Of a DNA stretch of 64,000 nucleotides, positions 51,421-64,000 are shown piece by piece (position 1 is the stretch's first letter; each line of letters opens with the position of its first letter). Below the pieces are notes generated by a model. The model saw nothing but the letters and a program-made list of their open reading frames with translations, made no database searches and had not been told where the DNA came from. Location of the stretch: contig OZ024741.1 in NCBI GenBank assembly GCA_964016885.1, forward strand, positions 27,590,001 through 27,654,000, written 5' to 3'. A program made the position numbers and the translations under genes. Source of the stretch: Eledone cirrhosa (Eukaryota).

Positions 51421-54400
51421 ATAATAATAAATTTGAAGACTAAAATCCAATAAGGGCTCAATAAGGATAAATATATATCAAATATATAAGAACCGTAGAG
51501 CAAATATTTATTAAAATAACAGATTAAAGTTTAAGCAAAGAATCGCTGCTTTCACCCTTAACGGGATCTTCTAATAAATATATATATATATGTGTACATA
51601 CCACTAATCATCATCATCACTGTTTTACGTCCGTTCTTCCACGCTAGCATGGGTTAGACGGGTTGTCCTGTTGTGGGCAGTGTCTGGTCGGCTGACCATG
51701 CCTTGCTCATACAGGAACTGATTTGGCTTGATTTCTACAGCTGGATGTCCTTCCTAACACCAACCTCATTTACAGTGAGTGCTGGGTGCTTTTTTGTGGC
51801 GCCTACACGTCCACTTTACAGTGTGGGCTGGGTGCTTTTTTGCCGTGGCACCTCCACGACCACCTTGCGGTGGGGGCATATTGTCTATATGCTACAGCTT
51901 GTACCCATGGGAGGTCGGGTACTCTGTATTACTGCGTGACGCCAGAAGTCACGGTCATGTGTCATTGCCTTTGAGAGGTGTAATTGGGTAAGGTCGGCTT
52001 TTATCACCTCATCCCAAGTCATCTTGGGTCTCCCCACTCCGCGGTTTCCATCAACTTCTAGTGCTCTGCACCTTTTTATGCAGCTGTCATCCTTCATACG
52101 CATCACATGTCCATACCAGCGCAACCGCCTCTTCTGCACACAGCATTTGATTCCTCTTATGCTCAGTCTCTCTCTCAATTCATTTATGCTTTGTCGTTCA
52201 CGTATATTACTGTTACACATCCATCGGAGCATGCAGGCTTCGTTTCTCTCTAATCTACGTAAGTCTTCCACCTTCAGCGCCCAGGTCTCACTACCATGCA
52301 ACATTGCTGTTCGGATACACGCATCATACAGTCTGCCTTTCATTCTGAGGGAGAAGCCTTTTGCAGCTAGCAGTGGTAGTAGTTCCCTAAACTTCTTCCA
52401 TCCCGTTCTTTCTGAACACCCACCTCCACTGCTAATTCGGTCACCTAGGTAGCAGAAGCTGTCTACTGTTTCTACAGAGCCCTCCCACAGATTGGTGGTA
52501 CTTGTTTCCTGTGGCTGTTTGCTGCTGCTGTCTCATCACAGCTGCTGCATGTGAAGCCTACATTCTTAATTAAGCTTCCTGAGATCCCGCTACATCTCTT
52601 GTGTACCCATTGTTTGCATTTGGGGCAGAGAATGGAGTTCCTACTTACACCTTTCCTACATACTGAGCAAGGCCATTTCCCTGAGGGGATCTGGGTTCTG
52701 TTTTCTCGTCTACTTACAAGGACCTTAGTCTTTGTCATGTTGACTTTGAGACCCTTTCTTTCTCGTCCCTGCTTCCAAGTTTGGAATTTTTGGAATTAAT
52801 ATATATATCATCATCATCATCATCATCATCATCGTTTAACGTCCATGTTCCACGCTTGCATGGGTTTGGACGGGAGTTTTCCCACTTGAGGCAAGAGTGG
52901 TTGTCTTGCTCGCATAGGACTGTCTGGCGGATTTTCTACAGCTGGATGCCCTTCCTAACACCAACCACATTTACAGTGTGGGACTGGGAGGTTTTTACCG
53001 TGTTGCCTACACGGCCACATTACAGCGTGGACTGTGTGTTTTTTTGTCATGACACCTACACGATCTCATTTGTTTCAGCCTGGATATTGTGGCACCAACA
53101 TAACTTTACATAGAAGGGGGTGGTGTGGATGGGGTGGGGGTGGTGGGACGGGGGTGTATTTTGTTAGAGATGCCTACTGACTGTAGTAGGTTTTACTTTG
53201 TATTTAGGTAAGGCGTGTCTTCTCTATTACTGAGTACCGCCAAAGGTCTCGGTCCAGTGACATTGTCTTGGAGAGGTGTAGGTGTGTGAGGTCGGAGTTT
53301 TCCTGGGTCTGCCTACTCCGTGGCTACCGTCTATCTTTATTGCCCGGCACTTTTTTATACAGCTGTCGTCTTTCATGCGCATTACGTGACCATACCAACG
53401 TAGCCTTCTCTCGAGTAAACAACATCTGATCCCTCTTATTTCTAATTTTTCCCTTAGTTCGTTTATGCTTTGCCGTTCGCGTATATTACTATTACACATC
53501 CAGCGGAGCATGCAGGCTTCATTCCTCTCTAGTCTGCGTATATCCTCTGCACACAATGCCCAGGTCTCACTGCCATGCAACATTGATGTTCGTATGCAGG
53601 CATCATACAGCCTGCCTTTCATTTTTAGGGAGAACCCTTTAGCAGCTAATAGTGGTATAAGCTCTCTGAACTTTTTCCATCCAGTTCTGACTCTAGCTAC
53701 TGTACTTTCAGAGCACCCTCCCCCACTGCTGATTTTGTCACCCAGGTAACGGAAGCTGTCCACTATTTCTATAGAATCCTCTGCGCAATTGAAAGAGCTA
53801 GTATTTTGTGGGCACTTGCTGCTACTTATTGCACCAGAGCACCGGCCACATGTAAAATCTATGTTCTTAGTTAGCTTACCTATGATCCCACTACATCTTT
53901 TATGCACCCATACTTTGCATTTGGGACATAAAATGGAGTTTCTACCTACGCCTTTCCTACACACTGAGCATGGCCATTTCCCGGAAGGGACCGGCGCCTT
54001 ATTTTCTTTCCTACAAACTAGAACTTTAGTCTTAGCTAGGTTAATTTTAAGGCCTTTTGATTCTAGGCCGTGCTTCCATGTTTGGAATTTCTTCTCTAGC
54101 TCAGCCATTGATTCAGCTATGAGCGTTAGATCATCTGCGTATAGAAGTTCCCATGGGCAGCCGGTCTTGAACTCCACTGTTATAGCCTGAAGGGCAATAA
54201 TAAATAGTAGGGGGCTAAGAACAGAGCCCTGATGAACACCAACTTTTACGCTAAACTCTTCACTATATTCGTTGTTAATTCTAACCTTGCTGACTGTTTC
54301 TTTATACATGGCTTGTATAGCTCTCACAAGCCATTCATCAACACCTAGTTTTCTAAGAGCCCACCAGATAATGGAACGGGGGACTCTGTCGAAGGCTTTC

Positions 54401-55637
54401 TCCAAGTCAACAAAAGCTAAGTATAGGGGTTTACTTTTAGCTAGGTACTTCTCCTGTAGTTGTCGTACAATGAAAAGAGCGTCTGTGGTACTTTTGCCTG
54501 ACACAAACCCGAACTGCATTTCATCTAGATCGATTCTCTCTCTGATTAGTTGCGCTATTACTTTTTCCGTGACCTTCATGACCTGGTCGATTAATTTAAT
54601 GCCTCTATAGTTACTACTATCTAGGGCGTCTCCTTTACCCTTGTAGCAGTTAATGATGATGCTGCTATGCCAGTCCTTCGGAACAACCCCATTCTGTATG
54701 ACTTGGTTTACTGTCCGGGTGACCATGGTGTGTCCCACCGTTCCAGAGGCTTTCAGCATCTCAGCAACTATTTCCGAAGGCCCAGCCGCCTTACCTGTCT
54801 TCATATCTTTGATTGCCTTACTTATTATACTACCTTTGACTAACACTGCTGGTCCCTCTATTGGGTAGATGTGGGGTAGACTGTCTTTCTCCCATTTATT
54901 CTCCTCATTTAGTAGCCTTTCGTAGTGACACTTCCAAGCTACCTTCTTATCAGCGTCAGTGATGGCAAGTACGCCATCATCATTAAGTACACACTTTTCC
55001 CCAACAATATCATTGTTTTCCTTGACACATTGCCTAGCAATCCTGAACACCTCACGTTTTTGGTCCTCGCGTTGTAGAACATGCTTGAACTTTCTTTCCT
55101 CTGCTTCCCTTCTTGCGAAGTACACTTGTCTCCTAGCTTCCCTCCTGGCCACTTGATAGTCTTCTCTACTTCTCCCATCCCGCCATACTTTCCAAGCCTG
55201 CTTTTTTGCCTTAATTGGCTCCTCCACCTTACTGTTCCACCACCATGTTACTCTCCTCCTGCCTACAGGCCTGCTCCAGCCACAGACTTCGTCTGCCGCC
55301 ATCAGCAGGTTTGCTTTCAGGAATTCCCACTGTTCCTCTATATTGTACGACTCTAATTGCTCTTTCTTACTGTCGAAAGCATCAAGTAATATGCTTTTAA
55401 ATTTATTTCTGGCTGTGGGGTCCTTTAGCTTCCATATTTTTCTCTTGAGGATAGTCCTCTTCTGCTGTCGAGTACGTCTCGTCCTGACTATGAGGTCACT
55501 AACTATGAGTCTATGTTGGGAGAGATTTAGTGTTTACAACAGACACTCTGTCACGTTTTCTGGTAAGGATATAATCTACCTGGCTGGTATGTTCCCCTGA
55601 TCTGTAGGTGATCAAGTGATTGTCTCGTTTTTTTATA

Positions 55638-55674
<37 letters not shown>

Positions 55675-58600
55675 GTGTGTGTGTACATATATATAGTTCT
55701 TTTACTCTTTTATTGGTTTCAGACCGTAGACTGTGGCCATGCGGGGCACCACCCTAAAGGTATTTAGTTGATAATATCAACCCCAGACCTTTTTATTTCA
55801 AGTTTGGTACTTATTTTATTGATTACTTTTTGTGAAACTAAATTATGAGACATAAACAGATATAAACACCTGCAACACCCTCTCACACTTTATATATTAT
55901 ATATATATTATATTATATATATAAAGGGAGTTGGCAGAATCATTAAAATCTCTGCATCTAAGTTCAAACCCCACCATGGTCAACCTTGCCTTTCATCTTT
56001 TCGAAGTTCATAAACAAGTACCAGTTCAGTACTGGGGTCAATTCTTCCTCTATATCTCTTTCTATCACTCCCTTTCCCTCTCTTGAAGAAATCTGCTGTA
56101 TTCAGACATAGAGAGGGGTGGGCTCTGCCAAGTTTAAAGTAGCCAAGAAGTGGAATATGGGTCTCTGTTATTGTGTGTGTCTGTATGTGTATATATTTGG
56201 AAGTGAGGATTCGTGTACATGTGTGTATAAACCGTTTGGATTTGGCAGAATTGTTTGACGAACTACTTTGCTGTATATATTCTGACTACTTCACATCCCA
56301 CATATGTCAACTTTGTCTTTCATCCTTCTGGAGAAGATAAACTAAAGTACCAATGCTATACTAGGGTTAATTTGTAGTGAAACATGGGCTGTGGCTTCAG
56401 AGGACGTAGACTGGAAAGAAATGAAGCAACCATGCTCAGTTGGATGTGCAATGTGTGAGAGAAAGGCAGAGCTTGGACAAGTTGAGGGAGAAGCTGGGTT
56501 TAAGAGGAATCCGAGGGGGTGTGCAGGAGAAAAGACTGCGTTGGTACGGAAAATGACCGCTGGATGAAGAAATGCCAGTGGAAGGAAACTGCAGTTGAAG
56601 TAGACCATGAAAGACCTGGGCACAGGTGATGAGAGCTGACCTTAAATCATAAACTCACAGAAGAGATGACGAAGGAACACGGCGAGTGGAGCGAGGCCGT
56701 GCTGAGAAGGACCCATGCAAGCGTGGAAAATGGATATAAAAATTATGATGATGATGACTAACCCCTACTCCTTATTGCTGGCATTGTCCTTAAATTAGAA
56801 ACACCTAATTAGAAGTGTCGTAACAACCGCAAATTATAAGAGTTATCGCCCCTGGATTATGAAATATGGAAACCCTTTCGTTACCTATAATTTTCCAGTA
56901 ATTTTTTTAGATAATCAAGAATTTTGAGGGATTTAGTAATATAACTAACTTTCTCATTATTAAACTGGTGTTCTGACCATAATAATGGTTCTTGCATAGA
57001 ATAATGCTGGAGGCATTTTAGATAAATGTAAACAGTTTAACCCTTTAACATTTACAAAACTCTATATTTACTGTTGTATTTTCATGGTAAAGGTTTTACC
57101 TCACATAATATTGAATCTATGAGATTTTGATATTATTTATGTTGGAAACAATACCTTAACATAAGTATAAGCAGCCGGTTTGAACAGAAAGAGGCGAGAG
57201 AATTCTGGCTGGATACGACCGGTTTAAATGCTAAAGGGTTGAAATAAACAGTTTAGTATCGTGTTGGTGACACAAAAAGCACCATGCTCACACTGTAAAG
57301 CGGTTGTGTTGGTGACATGACAAAAAGCACCCATTACACACTGTAAAGTGGTCGTGTAGGCGACATGACAAAAAGCACCCAGTACACACTGTAAAGTGGT
57401 CGTGTAGGTGTCATGACAAAAAGCACCCAGTACACACTGTAAAGTGGTCGTGTAGGTGTCATGACAAAAAGCACCCAGTACACACAGTAAAGTGGTCGTG
57501 TAGGCGACATGACAAAAAGCACCCAGTACACACTGTAAAGTGGTCGTGTAGGCGACATGACAAAAAGCACCCAGTACACACTGTAAAGTGGTCGTGTAGG
57601 CGACATGACAAAAAGCACCCAGTACACACTGTAAAGTGGTCGTGTAGGTGTCATGGCAAAAAGCACCCACCACACACTGTAAAGTGGTCGTGAGGTTAAG
57701 TTATATTACAAACACCAGCTTAATAATGAGAAAGTTAGTTGTATTACTAAATTCCTCCAAATTATTGATTATTTTCAAAATTATTTGAAATTCCTAATCA
57801 ATGTTGAAAGGTTAAAATATTGATATTTAGTTGAAGTCCTATTAGTAACTTTATTATTATTATATTTTCAGCCGGAATTGGTGGCCGCTACATTCCTCTA
57901 GGAATTTCTGGTTGTTCTGCTCTCTTCATGTCACTCCTATGCAGTGCCCTACATTTACTCCATGGATTTAATGTGCTTGGTACAGGGGTTGTAGATGTAA
58001 GTAGCACCTTAACTCTCTCGGTTGTACTTTCAAACATAAACAATGAAGGAAGCCATGTTGGGGTTGTTTAAACTGCTAGAAGAATAACAATTAAATCTCA
58101 TTTAAGCTGTAGGACCTTACCTCTTGTCACCATTAAGCCATAGGACCTTACCTCTTGTCATAATTAAGCCATAGGACCTTACGCCATACATTATCATTAA
58201 GCCATAGGACCTTACCCCATACATTGTCACCATTAAGCCATTAGGACCTTACCTCTTACATTGTCATTCTTTTACATCCACTTTTCTATTCTTACATGAT
58301 TTGGACAGCTCTTTTCTAGCACAACCTGTCCCCATTAGTTACATTCCGTCATCATCTCTTCTCTGAGGTTTAGTATTTTGATATCAGCTCTCACTACTTC
58401 TGCTGAGGTCTTCTACTACAGCTCCTTCCACTGGAATCTTTTGGCACATCTTCACCCAGACAATCACCATCTATCTATGCATCACGTGTCTATACCAGTG
58501 CAGTCTTCTCTTTTGCACACTACATCAGATTCCTCTTATACCCAGTTTGTATTTTTCTCAGCTCATCCATACTTTGCCATCCATGCACATTAACACCCCA

Positions 58601-61600
58601 TCCATTGAACCTTGTTTAATTTCTCTCCAGTCTTCATGTATCCTCTACATTCATTGCTCATCTCTCACTACCATACAAAATTGCACTTTACATACAGGCA
58701 TCATAGAGCTGGTCATTCTTTCATAGAAAAAAAACTTTTGTTATTAACAGGGGTAGTAACCCTATGAACTTTTCCCACCGTGTTATGCAAGTTACTATGC
58801 TTTCAGAACAATCCCTTCCACTGCTCGTTAGTTCACCTAGGTAACAAAATCTCTCAACAATTTCTATGGATCCTTCCCTGCACTAGAAAAAGTTTCTTTC
58901 ACTGGTGCTTATAATACTAACTACCCCTGTGCATTTGCCTCATACAGGGTCTTTTCTTTTAGTCTGCCTGCTATCCCACTACAACTCTTGCATACCTATG
59001 TTTTACATTGTGTACATCATATAGAGTTCCTACCTACTTCCTTTTTACATATCAAGCAAGGCCACTTCCCTGGTAACATCAGAGATCTATCTTCTTTCCT
59101 ATTTACTAAAACTTGGATCTTTGCTAAGTTTGCTCTGCACCCTTTTGAGTCCACAGCAGGAATTTCTTTCCTAGCTCTTCCGAAGATTTAGCTACACACA
59201 GATGATCGGTATGCAGCAGTGTTCCCATGGGCAGCCAGTCTTAAACTCCTCTATTATGGTTTGGAGAACTAGAATAAACAGGAGGGGGCTGAAGACTGAG
59301 CCATGATGAACACCAGCCTGCACATTGAATTCCTCACTAAACTTATTACCTCCTCTAACTGTACTAACAGCACCTCTGTACATGGCTTGAACTTCTCTTA
59401 CAAACTTCCCAAGTACACTTAAGGGCCACCAGATAACAGATGTGGTATTCTGTTAAAAGCCTTCTCCAGATCTACAAAACCTAGATATAGTGGCTGACAC
59501 TTTGCTAGGAACTTGTCCTTCTAAAGAAAGACACTACCTACAATTCACAAATAATTTTTTTAAATCAAAAATTTAGTGGTAAATATAGTAATATAAATAT
59601 TTTTCTCATTATTAAATCAGGGTTTAGAACATAAACTAGAAAAGGTTCTTAGATAAAACTATAATGGAAGGTTTAAAATTACATATGAGCAGTTTAAAAC
59701 AAACTGTTTTTAATTCATATAACCAAGCATGGTTTAATAATAGTAATAATTGTTTCTACTTTTGGCACAAGGCCAGCCATACCCAGTACATTACTGGTAC
59801 TTTATTTTATCGACCCCGTAAGGATGAAAGGCAAAGTTAACCTTGGTGCGATTTGAACTCAGCATGGCAAGGGGCGTAACTCTATGCGTCAAAGCATAGT
59901 GTCCGACCCTCTACCAATACTGCCAATCCACCGCCCTTTAATAATAGTAATAATAATGTGAGTCCTATGACATACAAATCAATAGGAGAGTTAAAGCTGG
60001 AACATGTTTGACCATAGGTCTGCTTGATCAAAACTGACCTGGGATTAAACAAGTCAAGGATAATATTTCACATCATAAACACATTTTAAGGCTATTTTCT
60101 CTGCTGAAGCAGGGGTTAGCTTTGTGTGTCCTATGACAAGCTTCACATGGGATCCTTTTTGAAACAATTTTTTACAGACAGATGCCCTTCCTAACATACC
60201 TTTTAATTGCCTCTAATAAAACAGTCTACCTATTCTAAACCATATACAGTGTATCTATTTTAAACTTCAAACACACAGAGATACAGTGTACGGATATAGT
60301 GTAACTATTCTAAATCAGATTCACATAAAGATATGGTGTACCTATTGTAAATCAGATACACACAGGGATACAGTGTATCTATTGTAAATCAGATACACAC
60401 AGGGATACAGTGTACCTATTGTAAACCAGATACACAGGGATACAGTGTACCTATTGTAAACCAGATACACACAGGGATACAGTGTATCTATTGTAAACCA
60501 GATACACACAGGGATACAGTGTATCTTTTGTAAACCAGATACACACAGGGATACAGTGTACCTATTGTAAACCAGATATACACAGGGATACAGTGTACCT
60601 ATTGTAAACCAGATACACAGGGATACAGTATATCTATTGTAAACCAGATAAACACAGGGATACAGTGTATCTATTGTAAACCAGATACACAGGGATACAG
60701 TATATCTATTGTAAACCAGATACACAGGGATACAGTATATCTATTGTAAACCAGATACACAGGGATACAGTATATCTATTGTAAACCAGATACACACAGG
60801 GATACAGTGTATCTATTGTAAACCAGATACACAGGGATACAGTGTACCTATTGTAAACCAGATACACACAGGGATACAGTGTACCTATTGTAAACCAAAT
60901 ACACACAGGGATACAGTGTACCTATTGTAAACCAGATACACACAGGGATACAGTGTACCTATTGTAAACCAGATACACTGGGATACAGTGTACCTATTGT
61001 AAACCAGATACACAGGGATACAGTGTACCTATTGTAAACCAGATACACACAGGGATACAGTGTACCTATTGTAAACCAGATACACACAGGGATACAGTGT
61101 ACCTATTGTAAACCAGATACACACAGGGATACAGTGTACCTATTGTAAACCAGATACACTGGGATACAGTGTACCTATTGTAAACCAGATACACACAGGG
61201 ATACAGTGTACCTATTGTAAACCAGATACACACAGGGATACAGTGTACCTATTGTAAACCAGATACACACAGGGATACAGTGTACCTATTGTAAACAAGA
61301 TACACAGGGATACAGTGTACCTATTGTAAACCAGATACACACAGGGATACAGTGTACCTATTGTAAACCAGATACACAGGGATACAGTGTACCTATTGTA
61401 AACCAGATACACACAGGGATACAGTGTACCTATTGTAAACCAGATACACTGGGATACAGTGTACCTATTGTAAACCAGATACACACTGGGATACAGTGTA
61501 CCTATTGTAAACCAGATACACACAGGGATACAGTGTACCTATTGTAAACAAGGTACACAGGGATACAGTGTACCTATTGTAAACCAGATACACAGGGATA

Positions 61601-62409
61601 CAGTGTACCTATTGTAAACAAGATACACAGGGATACAGTGTACCTATTGTAAACCTGGTTTACAATAGATACACAGGGATACAGTGTACCTATTGTAAAC
61701 CAGATACACAGGGATACAGTATACCTATTGTAAACCAGATACACACAGGGATACAGTGTACCTATTGTAAACCAGACTCACATAAGAATACATGGTACCT
61801 ATTCAAAGCTAGACACACCAGACTAAGTTGTACCTATTCTAAACTAAATACACACCAGAATAAGTTGTACCTATTCTAAACTAAATACACACCAGAATAA
61901 GTTGTACCTATTCTAAACTAAATACACACCAGACTAAGTTGTACCTATTCTAAACTAAATACACACCAGAATAAGTTGTACCTATTCTAAACTAAATACA
62001 CACCAGACTAAGTTGTACCTATTCTAAACTAAATACACACCAGACTAAGTTGTACCTATTCTAAACTAAATACACACCAGAATAAGTTGTACCTATTCTA
62101 AACTAAATACACATCAGACTAAGTTGTACCTATTCTAAACTAAATACACACCAGAATAAGTTGTACCTATTCTAAACTAAATACACACCAGACTAAGTTG
62201 TACCTATTCTAAACTAAATACACACCAGACTAAGTTGTACCTATTCTAAACTAAATACACACCAGAATAAGTTGTACCTATTCTAAATTAAATACACACA
62301 GTACTACAAAATACTATATTATTTTTCCCTATCACTCTAGGTCTATGATGAAGATTTCACACAATACGCAGCAGCATTCTTTATATCTTTTGTCTTAACT
62401 GGTTTTCAG
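44287..62409 (+). CDS. SEC22A: Vesicle-trafficking protein SEC22a/c-like (longin domain plus TM helices); spliced, 5 coding exons, 3' end beyond right edge
   Basis: Exons 44287-44480, 47768-47931, 49148-49333, 57872-57996 and 62341-62409 join in phase. Motifs [37 protein letters not shown] and SLLC.ALHL..GF are typical of SEC22a/c. Confidence 0.92.
44568..47472 (-). mobile_element. hAT (Buster/Charlie-type) transposon, internally deleted transposase
   Basis: TIRs cagtggtcgccaac/gttggcgaccactc; 8-bp TSD atgTAggt at 44560-44567 and 47473-47480; ORFs with BED finger (CLLC...LKRHLHTNH), [18 protein letters not shown] and [12 protein letters not shown]. Confidence 0.93.
47768..47931 (+). CDS. SEC22A: SEC22a-like exon (FISALN...[10 protein letters not shown]...RPYSLIAF)
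   Basis: AG/GT sites, 164 nt, phase 2->1. Confidence 0.93.
48846..49080 (+). mobile_element. tRNA-derived SINE family 2
   Basis: A box (tagtggttaga), B box (gttcaattc), core ccttgagcaagacactt...gctccagt..actcagctg; related copies at 63160-63400 (+) and 19230-19520 (-). Confidence 0.8.
49148..49333 (+). CDS. SEC22A: SEC22a-like exon ([16 protein letters not shown]...[11 protein letters not shown]...)
   Basis: AG/GT sites, 186 nt, phase 1->1. Confidence 0.93.
49357..49485. mobile_element. Tc1/mariner-type MITE
   Basis: 26-bp imperfect TIRs (agagtggtgcaaaactcatgcacca vs tggtgcgcgacttttgcaccacgctg) flanked by TA. Confidence 0.75.
49637..50050 (+). mobile_element. Two tandem SINE family 1 copies
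   Basis: Separated and flanked by ttattagttggata. Confidence 0.85.
50740..50835 (-). ncRNA. Type I hammerhead motif, U3-A8 core variant (G12 decayed)
   Basis: Minus strand: stem I tatcctc/gaggata; TTGATAA; long stem II; aAAAC-tacgta-GTC, where actacgtagt is a perfect palindrome. Confidence 0.65.
51607..52797 (-). mobile_element. RTE LINE 3' fragment (related subfamily)
   Basis: ORFs 51885-52343 and 52472-52738 are homologous to the RTE C-terminus and PHD region; (CAT)n tail. Confidence 0.92.
52808..55630 (-). mobile_element. RTE-clade LINE, 5'-truncated (end of APE, RT, PHD finger, 3' UTR, (GAT)n tail)
   Basis: 691-aa ORF 53227-55302 with [34 protein letters not shown] and RLRWYGHV; frame stays open upstream to QHRLIVSDL; C-terminus frameshifted by a small deletion after RPRKT; (CAT)n tail on plus strand. 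Confidence 0.95.
56365..56760 (+). mobile_element. RTE 3' end fragment
   Basis: Degenerate RTE C-terminus followed by gcatgg/aaaatgga..(gat)n tail. Confidence 0.7.
56870..57815. mobile_element. piggyBac-like MITE remnants (TTAACCCTTT...AAAGGGTTAA ends), interrupted by a minisatellite
   Basis: Ends at 56870, 57037, 57231-57241 and ~57810; 56900-56970 and 57715-57790 are inverted copies. Confidence 0.6.
57262..57692. repeat. 48-bp RTE-UTR-type minisatellite
   Basis: catgacaaaaagcacccagtacacactgtaaagtggtcgtgtagg. Confidence 0.95.
57872..57996 (+). CDS. SEC22A: SEC22a-like exon, first TM segment (GIGGRYIP...[13 protein letters not shown]...)
   Basis: ttttcag acceptor, gtaagt donor, 125 nt, phase 1->0. 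Confidence 0.88.
58105..58265. repeat. ~30-33-bp short tandem array
   Basis: attaagccataggaccttacc... Confidence 0.85.
58265..59520 (-). mobile_element. Degraded RTE RT fragment
   Basis: [13 protein letters not shown]...[10 protein letters not shown] in ORF 59192-59383, with colinear flanks. Confidence 0.85.
60240..61800. repeat. 37/35-bp minisatellite
   Basis: gatacacacagggatacagtgtacctattgtaaacca. Confidence 0.97.
61800..62300. repeat. 37-bp minisatellite, sister variant of the adjacent array
   Basis: taagttgtacctattctaaactaaatacacaccagaa. Confidence 0.96.
62341..62409 (+). CDS. SEC22A: SEC22a-like exon, second TM segment ([23 protein letters not shown])
   Basis: ctctag acceptor, gtaagt donor, 69 nt in frame. 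Confidence 0.88.
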
Positions 62410-62419
62410 GTAAGTAGCA

Positions 62420-63082
62420 TACCTTTATTCTTTATTGATTTCATAGACTACCTTTATTCTTTATTGATTTCATAGACTACCTTTATTCTTTATTGATTTC
62501 ATAGACTACCTTTATTCTTTATTGATTTCATAGACTACCTTTATTCTTTATTGATTTCATAGACTACCTTTATTCTTTATTGATTTCATAGACTACCTTT
62601 ATTCTTTATTGATTTCATAGACTACCTTTATTCTTTATTGATTTCATAGACTACCTTTATTCTTTATTGATTTCATAGACTACCTTTATTCTTTATTGAT
62701 TTCATAGACTACCTTTATTCTTTATTGATTTCATAGACTACCTTTATTCTTTATTGATTTCATAGACTACCTTTATTCTTTATTGATTTCATAGACTACC
62801 TTTATTCTTTATTGATTTCATAGACTACCTTTATTCTTTATTGATTTCATAGACTACCTTTATTCTTTATTGATTTCATAGACTACCTTTATTCTTTATT
62901 GATTTCATAGACTACCTTTATTCTTTATTAATTTCATAGACTACCTTTATTCTTTATTGATTTCATAGACTACCTTTATTCTTTATTGATTTCATAGGCT
63001 ACCTTTATCCTTTATTGATCTCATAGACTACCTTTATTCTTTATTGATTTCATAGAATGTCAGTATCCTTTATTGATTTCAT
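62420..63082. repeat. 29-bp near-perfect minisatellite
   Basis: tacctttattctttattgatttcatagac, ~22 copies. Confidence 0.97.
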
Positions 63083-63449
63083 TTCTTTGACTGTGGTCAT
63101 GCTAGAACACATTACCTTCAAAGGTATTGTTGTTTCCAACGATCTTATTGATGTGTCAGTGGCCTAGTGGTTAGGGTGTTGAACTTACAATCATAATATT
63201 GTGGGTTTGATTCCTGGGTAGTGTGTTGTGTTCTTGAGCAAAACACTTCATTTCACATTGCTCCAGTATACTCAGCTGAAAATGAGTACCAGCGATAACT
63301 GGGGGCTTAAACCTGCAATGACTGGTGTCCTATCCAGGGAGTGGGGAGACTTGTAATCTCAGTTGCTTAACACCAAAGAAACCAGGATATGCACCAACCA
63401 AATTATCCTCTGAGTTTGAGACAGCTCCAACCAGTGCATCTGTAACATC

Positions 63450-64000
63450 GTGGTCAGAGGCCACCCATGTACACTGGTTACAGAGATCTGATGCAGGTGT
63501 AGTTATCCAGTTGTGACACCATATATGTCGGCTCTAACTTATGCATCCACTGCATTGTGAACCATGCACAGTGATCAGAGACTTAAGAGTTGTAATGAGA
63601 TAGCAGACAGACTTTGTATGTAGCAAATGTACAGAGATAGTTGGTAGTAAAAGCATCAGTGAAATAAACTTTTTCCAATCCCAGGAAGAATTCCTCCTAT
63701 CAGGAGGAATCCATAGAAGGGGTTGATAGCTTCTGCTACCTAGGTGATCTAATTAGTCTAATTAGCAGCGGAGGAGGTTGCTCTGAAAGCATACTAGCTA
63801 GAATAGCAGGAATAATAATAGCTAGAATAATAACAAGATGGAAAAGGTTCAGGGAGATACTACCTCTATTGATAACATAAGGTTTCTCTCTATGAGTAAA
63901 AAGTCAGTCATATGATGCCTCTGTGTGATGTTGCATGGCAGGATATGCAAAGGCTGCAGAAAAATGAAGTGAGTATGCTCTGATGGATGTGCAATGTTAA
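63450..64000 (+). mobile_element. Degraded RTE fragment running off right edge
   Basis: [20 protein letters not shown]...WKRFRE motif. Confidence 0.75.

Noticed and set aside
53227-55302. Active full-length LINE
   Set aside because: Endonuclease domain mostly missing (5' truncation near 55630) and C-terminus frameshifted.

Overview
AT-rich, repeat-dense eukaryotic (metazoan) genomic DNA. The SINE, RTE-LINE and microsatellite content suggests an octopus or other cephalopod; this is an inference. Two intron-rich genes lie head-to-head. On the minus strand is CFAP221/PCDP1, with 15 coding exons reconstructed by hand (38022->959, 567 codons, all GT-AG and phase-consistent), continuing off the left edge. 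On the plus strand is a SEC22a/c-type longin gene, with 5 coding exons (44287->62409), continuing off the right edge. The region between them (~38.7-39.3 kb) carries an RFX X-box and ETS motifs. The introns hold RTE LINEs with a PHD finger inside the RT region, a Tx1/L1 fragment, two tRNA-SINE families, a Buster-type hAT deletion derivative, Helitron, Merlin-like, MULE-like, mariner and piggyBac-like elements, and many minisatellites. The most striking hidden layer is about ten mutually dissimilar type I hammerhead-ribozyme motifs. Most sit in short (TA)n-embedded Penelope-type remnants with fold-back arms. One is a retrozyme-like unit whose upstream direct repeat starts at the predicted self-cleavage site. 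A Penelope RT/GIY-YIG fragment is also captured in-frame inside the TIR of a DNA transposon. All calls come from reading the sequence; no searches were run.
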